A model generated the notes under the pieces. That model was not told where the DNA came from, did no database searches, and saw nothing but the letters and a program-made list of their open reading frames with translations. A stretch of DNA of 28,942 nucleotides from assembly GCA_964565725.1 (NCBI GenBank), contig CAZMGA010000007.1, forward strand, positions 1 to 28,942, read 5' to 3'. The stretch's first letter is position 1, and each line of letters begins with the position of its first letter. Shown here piece by piece: positions 9,138-16,794 of the stretch. A program made the translations under genes and the position numbers. The DNA comes from an uncultured archaeon. Its GTDB lineage: Archaea; Iainarchaeota; Iainarchaeia; Iainarchaeales; 0-14-0-20-30-16.

Positions 9138-9275
9138 ATGACAAGATATAAATGTGTAAGATGTGGAAAAATATTTGAAGCACAATTAGATGGTCCTGTA
9201 AGATGTCCTTATTGTTCTTTTAGAGTTATTGAAAAAATTAGAGCTGAAGTTATAAAAGAAATAAAGGCTGAGTAA
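9138..9275 (+). CDS. rpoP: DNA-directed RNA polymerase subunit P (not in supplied ORF track)
   Basis: Manual translation: MTRYKCVRCGKIFEAQLDGPVRCPYCSFRVIEKIRAEVIKEIKAE*; CxxC...CPYC zinc ribbon, in the expected place after rpl37ae. Confidence 0.92.
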   Translation: MTRYKCVRCGKIFEAQLDGPVRCPYCSFRVIEKIRAEVIKEIKAE

Positions 9276-9276
9276 A

Positions 9277-9762
9277 ATGAATTATATTACTACATCTAGA
9301 AAACCTTGTGATAGAGTTAAATCTTTTGTAAAAGATTTGGCATTTTTATTTAGTGCTCAATATATTACAAGAGGTAAAAATTCTATTAGTGATTTAATCG
9401 CTGATGCAAGATATAAAGGAGTAAATAAAATAATTATAATTACTGAAAAAAATGGTAATCCTTTTCAAATTTTAACATTAAATGTTAATGAAAAAACTTG
9501 GGATTGGAGTGAAACCTATTTTATAACTATATTAAAAACAAGAAGTGAAATAACTTCTGAAAAACCAAAGTTTAGAGCTTTTGATTTAAAAACAGAAAAT
9601 AAAGAATTAATATTTTTATTAAAATCTGTAAATGCAAAATATAGTTCAGAAGCAAATGCAAAAGTAAAAGATAAAGGTAAAGGTGTTTCTATTTATTATG
9701 ATAAAAAAGAAATTGGCCCTGCTTTTAAAGTTGAATGGGCAAGAGACAAATCAGAGGAATAA
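9277..9762 (+). CDS. Brix domain ribosome biogenesis protein (archaeal Imp4/Brix)
   Basis: 'ITTSRKPCDRVKSFVKDLAFLF...ITRGKNSISDLIADARYKGVNKIIIITEKNGNP'. Confidence 0.88.
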   Translation: MNYITTSRKPCDRVKSFVKDLAFLFSAQYITRGKNSISDLIADARYKGVNKIIIITEKNGNPFQILTLNVNEKTWDWSETYFITILKTRSEITSEKPKFRAFDLKTENKELIFLLKSVNAKYSSEANAKVKDKGKGVSIYYDKKEIGPAFKVEWARDKSEE

Positions 9763-9764
9763 TA

Positions 9765-10001
9765 ATGGATATAACTTTAACTATAAAATTAAAAAATAAA
9801 AATATAGATAATATTTTAAAAGCTATAGAATTAGATATCTATGATAAAGGTAGAGCAAAATTAAATTATAATATTGAAAATAATACTTTAATATTTAATA
9901 TAGAATCTAAAGATGTAACATCTGTTAGAGCTACTACTAATGCAATATTATTAAAATTGAAAATGTTTAATGAATTAGATAATAAATTAGAGGTGATTTA
10001 A
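9765..10001 (+). CDS. pcc1: KEOPS complex subunit Pcc1
   Basis: Small 'MDITLTIKL...' protein with 'SKDVTSVRATTNAILLKLKM'; synteny between Brix and prefoldin. ATG at 9765. Confidence 0.85.
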   Translation: MDITLTIKLKNKNIDNILKAIELDIYDKGRAKLNYNIENNTLIFNIESKDVTSVRATTNAILLKLKMFNELDNKLEVI

Positions 10002-10333
10002 TGACTAATGTAAGTAATGAAGATTTTGTTGCTTTTAATCAATATAATTCTCAATTATCTGCATTGATTGCACAAAAAAATCAATTAAAAATGCTAATTG
10101 ATAGTACAAATAATGCTATTGAAGAATTAACAAAAAGTAAAGAAGATAAAGCATATAAAAATTTGGGTTTTGTTATGTTAAAAGTAGATAAAAAGGATTT
10201 GGTTAAAGATTTAGAAGAAGAAATAGAAAAATTAAATATTAGAATAAAAACTTTAGATAAATCTGAAGATCTTATAACTAAAAAATTAAAAGATATTCAA
10301 ACTAAATTAGAATCAAATGTAAAAAAAGAGTAG
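10001..10333 (+). CDS. pfdB: prefoldin subunit beta
   Basis: 'FNQYNSQLSALIAQKNQLKMLIDSTNNAIEEL...AYKNLGFVMLKVDKKDLVKDLEEEIEKLNIRIKTLDKSEDLI'. Confidence 0.93.
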   Translation: MTNVSNEDFVAFNQYNSQLSALIAQKNQLKMLIDSTNNAIEELTKSKEDKAYKNLGFVMLKVDKKDLVKDLEEEIEKLNIRIKTLDKSEDLITKKLKDIQTKLESNVKKE

Positions 10334-10348
10334 TACAAACTCTTTTTT
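10322..10348 (+). terminator. hairpin + T-tract between convergent genes (potentially bidirectional)
   Basis: Perfect inverted repeat AAAAAAGAGT-(agtacaa)-ACTCTTTTTT, symmetric A/T tracts; overlaps the pfdB stop codon. Confidence 0.6.
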
Positions 10349-10395
10349 ATTTTTCTTATTTTTAATAGATTAATATTTATCAAATTAGATTTAAA

Positions 10396-11154
10396 TTATA
10401 TTTTTATATTTTTATTATTGTCTAATATTTCTACTTTGCAATTCTTTAATTTTTCTTCACATCTTGATTTGAATTTTTCTATATTTATTTTTATTATTTC
10501 AAAAGTGTTATAATGCATAGGAATTGCTAGTTTACATTTTAACTGTCTAGTCATAGATATAAATTCAAACATATCTGAAGTTAAAATCCCACCTGCGGGT
10601 AATATGGCTATATCTATATCCTCTATAATTTTTGGTAAAGAATTTGTATCCCCTGCAAAATAAATAGTTTTATTATCTTTTTTTATTATATAACCTACAG
10701 GGTAAAAAGATTGAGGATGTTGTGCACAAACAACCTCTATATTAGTATTTGAAACTATAATTTTATCATCTACTTTTATTGTTCTAATCAAATTTTTTTC
10801 TATATTTAAATTTTTTGTAACTTCATAAGGGCCAACAACTATTGATTTGTCTCTGTTAACTAAAAAATCTATAGCCTCTTTATCAAAATGATCAAAATGT
10901 TCATGACTTATTAAAATTATATTTACTTTAGGTAATTTTTTTATATCATAATTGTTTTGCTCTAATAATTTTAAATTAGGTACACTTTTATTATTAAAAT
11001 AAGGATCTGTTAGGATGGTGGTGTTATCAGAAAATTTTATTAAAAAACAAGAATGATATATTTTTGTTAATTCAATATTTGTTTTATCTGATTTATTAGA
11101 AACATCTTTTTTTTCATTTTGTTTTGAAAAAAATTTATTTATGAAATCAACCAT
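10396..11154 (-). CDS. metallo-beta-lactamase fold metal-dependent hydrolase (UlaG-like)
   Basis: 'ILISHEHFDHFD' (HxHxDH), 'VGYIIKKDNKTIYFAGDTNSLP', 'AIPMHYNTF'. Confidence 0.88.
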   Translation of the reverse strand: MVDFINKFFSKQNEKKDVSNKSDKTNIELTKIYHSCFLIKFSDNTTILTDPYFNNKSVPNLKLLEQNNYDIKKLPKVNIILISHEHFDHFDKEAIDFLVNRDKSIVVGPYEVTKNLNIEKNLIRTIKVDDKIIVSNTNIEVVCAQHPQSFYPVGYIIKKDNKTIYFAGDTNSLPKIIEDIDIAILPAGGILTSDMFEFISMTRQLKCKLAIPMHYNTFEIIKINIEKFKSRCEEKLKNCKVEILDNNKNIKI

Positions 11155-11317
11155 AAATATAATAATAAAAAAACTTTTTAAAGAGTTGTTTATTTTTATG
11201 TGTTTTAAAATTTATAATGAAAACATTTAAATGTAAAAAATACCTTACATTTTAACATCTGTTTATAAAGATTTCTTATCTATAATGTAATATTTTTTTT
11301 ACATTTGGGGGAATTTT

Positions 11318-11707
11318 ATGAATAAAAAAACAAAATTTTTTATAAAATTAATTTTTGGGTTGTTTTGTATTATTATTGGAGTTTTATTAAATATATTTGT
11401 AGGTTTTAATTCTACTTTGCCATTTAATGGAGTAGGTAATTTTTTAATTTATGGAGGTGTTTTAACAGTAATATCAACAATAATATTTTTTAAAAAACAA
11501 AGATTAATAGATGAGAGAATAGAACTAATAGCTTATAAAACTTTAAAGATAGTTTATGCTATAATAATTTATTCATTATTTATTATAATGATTATTGATA
11601 TGATTATACCTATTAAAATGAGCTATTATTTATTTATAAGTTATTTAATTATGAGTTATATGTTAATTTATTTTATTGTTTATTATTTTATTGAAAGGAG
11701 GAATTAA
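11318..11707 (+). CDS. small multi-TM membrane protein
   Basis: Four hydrophobic helices; cytoplasmic-like 'RLIDERIELIAYKTL' motif. Confidence 0.6.
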   Translation: MNKKTKFFIKLIFGLFCIIIGVLLNIFVGFNSTLPFNGVGNFLIYGGVLTVISTIIFFKKQRLIDERIELIAYKTLKIVYAIIIYSLFIIMIIDMIIPIKMSYYLFISYLIMSYMLIYFIVYYFIERRN

Positions 11708-11708
11708 T

Positions 11709-12137
11709 ATGATAGGAAAACCAGAATGGTTTGAAAGAAGAAAATATTTAGGTTGGGGAATTCATCCTAAAACTAAAGAAGGTTGGATTTATTTATTATT
11801 TATTATATTAATTGCTATTATAATTCAATTTTTACCTTTAAATACTAATTTAAAATTTTTAATTACTATTGGTTATATAGTTTTGTTAATTTTAGATGTT
11901 TTACATATTATGACTAAATTAAAAAAAGATGAAAGAGAAAGAATACATGAAGCTATTGAAGATAGAAATGCTCTATGGATTATTATCTTTGTTTTAATAA
12001 TTGCCATATTTTATCAATCTGTTGTTGCGTTTATAAATAAAACAACTTATGATTTAGATATTTGGATAATAATCGCTTTGTTGTCTGGAGCATTAATGAA
12101 AACTTTCACGGGTATTTATTTAAGAAAAAAATCATAA
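11709..12137 (+). CDS. small multi-TM membrane protein (partner of HTH gene)
   Basis: SD 'ggaggaat' before ATG 11709; TM helices; 'KKDERERIHEAIEDRNALW' DER-type motif. Confidence 0.65.
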   Translation: MIGKPEWFERRKYLGWGIHPKTKEGWIYLLFIILIAIIIQFLPLNTNLKFLITIGYIVLLILDVLHIMTKLKKDERERIHEAIEDRNALWIIIFVLIIAIFYQSVVAFINKTTYDLDIWIIIALLSGALMKTFTGIYLRKKS

Positions 12138-12147
12138 AAGGGATTAA

Positions 12148-12339
12148 ATGAAAACAAATATTGAAAAATATAGAAAAAAATTAAAATTAACACAGGAAGA
12201 CTTAGCATTAAAATGTAATATAACAAGGCAAACTATTATTGCTTTGGAACAAAATAAATACAATCCTAGTTTAGAATTGGCTTTTAAAATAAAACAAGCC
12301 TTAAAAGCAAAGAAAATAGAAGATATATTTGAATTTTAA
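12148..12339 (+). CDS. small XRE-family helix-turn-helix transcriptional regulator
   Basis: '[45 protein letters not shown]' is a canonical HTH_3 repressor of the 63-66 aa type. Confidence 0.93.
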   Translation: MKTNIEKYRKKLKLTQEDLALKCNITRQTIIALEQNKYNPSLELAFKIKQALKAKKIEDIFEF

Positions 12340-12428
12340 AATAATATATTTACAAATACCTTTTAATATATCTTCTATACTATATTATTTAAATCTATTA
12401 TTGTATTATAGATTGAAAAGGTGATTTA

Positions 12429-14192
12429 ATGAAAATAGAAAACGGTATTGCTAAAGATTTAGATTTTAGCACAAAAGAAGGAAAAGAAATATTTTGGCAT
12501 AGTTCTTCTCATATTTTAGCATCAGCTATAAAACAGTTATATCCAGATGTAAAAGTTACAATTGGCCCTGCTATAGAAAATGGATTTTATTATGATTTTG
12601 ATAATTTAAATATTACTCCTGAAGATTTTAAAAAAATAGAAAAACAATTTTATTCTATTGTAAATAAAAAAATACCTTTTGAATATAAAGTAGTTAGTAA
12701 AGAGGAAGCAAAATTAATTTTTAAAAATGAGCCTTATAAATTAGAATTAATTGAGAATTTACCAAGTACAGAAATAATTAGTACATATAAACTAGGAGAT
12801 TTTATAGATTTGTGTAGAGGCCCGCATTTGGAAGATTCTAGTTTTGTTAAAGCAATAAAAATAATGAATTTAGCTGGAGCTTATTGGAAAGGAGATTCAA
12901 AAAATAAAATGTTAACTAGAGTATATGCTATTTCATTTCAAAATAAAGAACAATTAGATGAATATATTACTTTTTTAGAAGAAGCAAAAAGAAGAGATCA
13001 TAGATTACTAGGTCAAAAATTAGATTTATTTTCTTTTAATGATTATGCCCCAGGATTTCCATTTTTTCATAATAATGGAATAATTATTTTAGATGAATTG
13101 GTTGATTATTGGAAAGAAATTCATAGAGCTTATAATTATGAGATTGTTAGGACACCACAAATTATGAAAAAAGAATTATGGGTAAAATCAGGACATTGGG
13201 ATAAATATCAAGAAAATATGTATTCTTTGAAAATTGATGAGGAAGATTTTGAAATTAAACCTATGAATTGCCCGGGAGGAATGTTGTTATATAAAGAAAA
13301 AATACATTCTTATAAAGAATTTCCATTAAAAGTGGGTGAGTTAGGAATAGTACATAGACATGAATTATCTGGTGCATTAAATGGATTATTTAGAGTTAGG
13401 GTTTTCACACAAGATGATGCACATATTTTTGTAACTGAAGAACAAATTACTTCTCAAGTTCAAGAAATTTTTGAAATTTTAAATAAAATTTATTCTACTT
13501 TTGGATTAGATTATAAAATTTATTTAAGTACTATGCCTGAAAAACATATTGGTACAAAAGAAACTTGGGATAAATCAATAGATGCTTTAAAAGATGCATT
13601 AAAATCTCTTAATAAAGAATATATTATTAATGAAGGAGATGGGGCATTTTATGGGCCAAAAATTGATGTAATGGTAAAAGATTCCTTGAATAGATTTCAT
13701 CAGTGTGCCACAATTCAATTAGATGCTACTTTACCTGAAAGATTTAATCTAACTTATGTTGGTAAAGATAATGCTGAACATAGACCTGTAATGATGCATA
13801 GAGTAATTTATGGTAGCTTAGAAAGATTTTTTGCAGTAATTTTAGAACATTTTGCTGGAAAGTTTCCTTTGTGGTTAAATCCAAATCAAATAATAATAAT
13901 TCCTATTGCTGAACCTTTTAATGATTATTCTAAAAAAATTAATGATCAATTAAAAGAATTAGGATTTAGAACAAAAGTAGATTTATCTGACAATTCTTTA
14001 AATAAAAAAATTAGAGAGGCTGAAAAAATATATCCTAATTATATTTGTGTTGTTGGCGAGGATGAAGTAAAGAATAATTCTATAAATGTTAGAATTAGAG
14101 ATACAAAAGAACAAAAATCTTTTAATGTTAAAGAATTTATAGATTTAGTTCTAAAAGAAAAAAATGAAAGAGTAATAAAAAGCAAATTATAG
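12429..14192 (+). CDS. thrS: threonyl-tRNA synthetase, bacterial-type, lacking the TGS domain
   Basis: Editing-site motifs HSSSH and CRGPH; class II core 'FEIKPMNCPGG', 'HRHELSGALNGLFRVRVFTQDDAHIF', 'GSLERFFAVILEHFAGKFPLWLNP'; anticodon-binding C-terminus. Confidence 0.96.
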   Translation: MKIENGIAKDLDFSTKEGKEIFWHSSSHILASAIKQLYPDVKVTIGPAIENGFYYDFDNLNITPEDFKKIEKQFYSIVNKKIPFEYKVVSKEEAKLIFKNEPYKLELIENLPSTEIISTYKLGDFIDLCRGPHLEDSSFVKAIKIMNLAGAYWKGDSKNKMLTRVYAISFQNKEQLDEYITFLEEAKRRDHRLLGQKLDLFSFNDYAPGFPFFHNNGIIILDELVDYWKEIHRAYNYEIVRTPQIMKKELWVKSGHWDKYQENMYSLKIDEEDFEIKPMNCPGGMLLYKEKIHSYKEFPLKVGELGIVHRHELSGALNGLFRVRVFTQDDAHIFVTEEQITSQVQEIFEILNKIYSTFGLDYKIYLSTMPEKHIGTKETWDKSIDALKDALKSLNKEYIINEGDGAFYGPKIDVMVKDSLNRFHQCATIQLDATLPERFNLTYVGKDNAEHRPVMMHRVIYGSLERFFAVILEHFAGKFPLWLNPNQIIIIPIAEPFNDYSKKINDQLKELGFRTKVDLSDNSLNKKIREAEKIYPNYICVVGEDEVKNNSINVRIRDTKEQKSFNVKEFIDLVLKEKNERVIKSKL

Positions 14193-14201
14193 CTTTTTAT
14201 T
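14174..14201 (+). terminator. thrS terminator-like hairpin with T-tract
   Basis: AATAAAAAGC-(aaattata)-GCTTTTTATT followed by T-rich run; stop codon TAG lies at loop/right arm junction. Confidence 0.55.
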
Positions 14202-14224
14202 TTTTTTATATTTTTTGTGATGAT

Positions 14225-14899
14225 ATGTTTTTAGAAATTTTATATCTTTTTGTTTTTACTAGTTTTTTTGGTTGGCTTATAGAATTTTTTTATAGAGGTA
14301 TTACTTACAAAAAAGCGTATAAACCAGGATTTTTGAATGGTTTTTATTTGCCTATTTATGGTGTTTCTAGTATCATATTATATTTTATTTCTAGTTATAA
14401 TATAAATGTTTTTTACAAATTTTTATTATTTATAATTATTATAACTCTTGTAGAATATATTACTGGTTGGATCTTTGTAAATGTTTTTAAAATTCATTTA
14501 TGGAATTATAGCGATGATAAATTTAATTTTCAAGGTATTATTTGTTTGGGATATTCTATTATCTGGGGATTTTTAGGTTTATTTTTTAATTATATTATTT
14601 ATCCTGTTTATAATAATATTTTTTATTTAATTAAAGATAATATTTTCATTTTCATTTTAATAATAATATTTTATTTAATTTTTATTTTAGATTTAATTGT
14701 TTCCTTTAATTTATTATATAAAATTAAAAAAATGAGAAATGAATTAAGATATAATATTATGGCTTTTAATTATCCTTTGTTTAGACAAAAAATTCGAAAA
14801 AATATAAAATTTAAATTATTTAACAATTATTTTAAAATTAAACCAAAAATAGATAAAGATAATTTATTAAAAAGTTTTAAAAAAATATTAAAAGAGTGA
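14225..14899 (+). CDS. putative ABC-transporter type IV (CmpB-like, PF06541-type) membrane protein
   Basis: 'FGWLIEFFYRGITYKKAYKPGFLNGFYLPIYGVS', 'LWNYSDDKFNFQGIICLGYSIIWGFLGLFF'. Confidence 0.75.
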   Translation: MFLEILYLFVFTSFFGWLIEFFYRGITYKKAYKPGFLNGFYLPIYGVSSIILYFISSYNINVFYKFLLFIIIITLVEYITGWIFVNVFKIHLWNYSDDKFNFQGIICLGYSIIWGFLGLFFNYIIYPVYNNIFYLIKDNIFIFILIIIFYLIFILDLIVSFNLLYKIKKMRNELRYNIMAFNYPLFRQKIRKNIKFKLFNNYFKIKPKIDKDNLLKSFKKILKE

Positions 14900-14903
14900 T
14901 TGA

Positions 14904-15401
14904 ATGTTTTATAATTATGCATTATTATTTTTATTTGGTAGTATTTTAGGTTATTTTGTAGAATCTTTTTATTTATTTATTAATGGTTTTAATTATTTAA
15001 ATCATGGTTTTTTATTTGGCCCTTGGTTGCCAATATTCGGATTTGGAGTTTTAATTTACTATTTAATTTCTAAATCAAAAATTAAAACACAATATAAATT
15101 TTTATTATTTGCATTAGGTCCTACTGTATTGGAATTTATAGTAGGATTATTTTTCAAATATGTATATAAAGTATCTTTATGGAATTATTCAAAAGAAGAT
15201 TTTAATTTGTTAGGAATAATAAGTCCAAAGTATGTATTTTATTGGTTTGTATTAGGGCTAATTTTTTATTATTTATTCTATCCTAATTTGAATAAAATAT
15301 CTAAAAAAATTAAAAATTATAAATATCTAAAAATTATAACTATTATTTTATATGTTATTTTTGGAATTGATATAATTTTATCTTTTATAAGTTTTTTTTA
15401 A
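14904..15401 (+). CDS. second PF06541-type membrane protein (tandem paralog)
   Basis: 'LGYFVESFYLFINGFNYLNHGFLFGPWLPIFGFG', 'SLWNYSKEDFNLLGIISPKYVFYWFVLGLIF'. Confidence 0.75.
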   Translation: MFYNYALLFLFGSILGYFVESFYLFINGFNYLNHGFLFGPWLPIFGFGVLIYYLISKSKIKTQYKFLLFALGPTVLEFIVGLFFKYVYKVSLWNYSKEDFNLLGIISPKYVFYWFVLGLIFYYLFYPNLNKISKKIKNYKYLKIITIILYVIFGIDIILSFISFF

Positions 15402-15463
15402 AATAAAATATGTTAAAAATATAATTTTCTACTTTTAGTTAGATTTTATATAATTTTGTAATA

Positions 15464-15546
15464 TGCGGGAGAAGAGATTCGAACTCTTGAAGGCCTTCGC
15501 CAGTGGCTCCTAAGGCCACCCCGGTTGACCGCTGCGGCACTCCCGC
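15464..15546 (-). tRNA. tRNA-Leu (anticodon TAG)
   Basis: Acceptor GCGGGAG/CTCCCGC, anticodon arm GTGGC-CTTAGGA-GCCAC, long variable arm TGGCGAAGGCCTTC, T-arm AAGAG-TTCGAAT-CTCTT, discriminator A, CCA not encoded. Confidence 0.95.
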
Positions 15547-15552
15547 GATATC

Positions 15553-15573
15553 CTTTCTTTTAAAAAAAGAAAG
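15553..15573 (-). promoter_or_regulatory. perfect 9-bp hairpin just upstream (5') of tRNA-Leu
   Basis: CTTTCTTTT-aaa-AAAAGAAAG (symmetric), 7 nt before the mature tRNA 5' end. Confidence 0.4.
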
Positions 15574-15789
15574 TCTCACGCTCATCCAAAGAAAACAAGT
15601 ATGTTTCGCTTTGCTCAAGCATACAGTAATAAGATAATATATTTTTGCTACATTATATATATAAATCTACGGGTTTTTATTATTTTGTGAAAAATAAAGA
15701 ATTTTTTCATAAATTATATGATATGATTAATTTGGAAAATAAAGAAAAACAAAAATTAAATTAGTTAATACAATTAAAAAAGTTATTTA

Positions 15790-16272
15790 ATGATTTTTAT
15801 GATTGATGATGAATATTTAGATATTGTAAATGAAAATGATATTGTTATAGGAAAAGATTTAAGAAGTAAAATATATGCCAAAGGTTTATCACATAATGTG
15901 AGAGTTGTAAATATCTTTTTATTAAATTCTAAGAATGAATTATTAATTCCTTTAAGATCAAATAACAGAAAGATATTTCCTAATTGCTATGATTTTTCTT
16001 GTGGCGAACATGTAATGTCTGGAGAGGATTATTATGATACAGCAATAAGGGGATTAAAAGAGGAATTAGGTAAATTGACTCCAAAAGATAAAGTAAATTG
16101 TTTTATGAAAGTGTACAAACTAAATTATGATCCCCAAATAAAAAATTACGATAAAGTTGGTGTTCAAAGTATGAATTGGTTTACTATAAAAAAAGTAAAA
16201 CAATTATTAAAAGAAGATAAGACTAGATTTAAAGGTGATTTTTTAGTAACATTTGAAAAATATTTTTGTTAA
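15790..16272 (+). CDS. Nudix-family hydrolase (divergent Nudix box)
   Basis: 'FSCGEHVMSGEDYYDTAIRGLKEELGKL' aligns with the Nudix box; 'NELLIPLRSNNRKIFPNCYDF' as in IPP-isomerase-like Nudix proteins. Confidence 0.8.
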   Translation: MIFMIDDEYLDIVNENDIVIGKDLRSKIYAKGLSHNVRVVNIFLLNSKNELLIPLRSNNRKIFPNCYDFSCGEHVMSGEDYYDTAIRGLKEELGKLTPKDKVNCFMKVYKLNYDPQIKNYDKVGVQSMNWFTIKKVKQLLKEDKTRFKGDFLVTFEKYFC

Positions 16273-16793
16273 TTTCTAACAATACTTTTTCCTTTTGGGT
16301 TTTCTTTTACTGTAAGTTTAGCTTTTGAAAATTTAACTTTTTTATAATCAATTAATTCATTTAATAATAAGGCTAATGCTGCAACTTCAGAATGAGGTTG
16401 ATTTGTTACACAAACATTAGCATCCGCTAATTGATATATTTCACTAGGAACTTTTTGTGAACCTATAAAAATTAATAAAGGTTTGGTAATTTTTTCTTTT
16501 TTGATTTTTTTTGCAAATGTTTTAAAGTCAATACCATACATCGTTAAATGTAGAATATAAAATTTATTTTTATTTTGTTCAAAAAATTTTTCGTAATCTG
16601 AAATAAATTCTATTTCTAAATTTCCTCCAAAATCTTCACAAACTTCTTTTATACTATTTTCAAAATGATTATCTTCTTGTCCCGAATAAAAAATTTTTTT
16701 ACAACCAAAAGCTCTAGATACTAATGCACAATGAGTTGTTATTCTTTTATCTCTTTCAATTCTATGTCCAAATCTAAAAATAGTAATATCCAT
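16269..16793 (-). CDS. tRNA (cytidine(56)-2'-O)-methyltransferase, aTrm56 (SPOUT)
   Basis: 'FRFGHRIERDKRITTHCALVSRAFGCKKIFYSG' is characteristic; 'LLIFIGSQKVPSEIYQLADANVCVTNQPHSEVAALALLL' SPOUT knot. Confidence 0.87.
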   Translation of the reverse strand: MDITIFRFGHRIERDKRITTHCALVSRAFGCKKIFYSGQEDNHFENSIKEVCEDFGGNLEIEFISDYEKFFEQNKNKFYILHLTMYGIDFKTFAKKIKKEKITKPLLIFIGSQKVPSEIYQLADANVCVTNQPHSEVAALALLLNELIDYKKVKFSKAKLTVKENPKGKSIVRN

Positions 16794-16794
16794 A

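Noticed and set aside
15547-15623. Minus-strand reading frame MLEQSETYLFSLDERETFFFKRKDIAG... upstream of tRNA-Leu
   Set aside because: It runs straight into the tRNA gene and has no SD-like site; more likely noncoding leader or sRNA.
15550-15650. Possible C/D-box sRNA (minus strand 'ggatgag')
   Set aside because: Only a partial match to RUGAUGA and no convincing CUGA D box found.
15687-15764. Short GTG-started ORF (VKNKEFFHKLYDMINLENKEKQKLN)
   Set aside because: Very short, low complexity, no SD or family signal.
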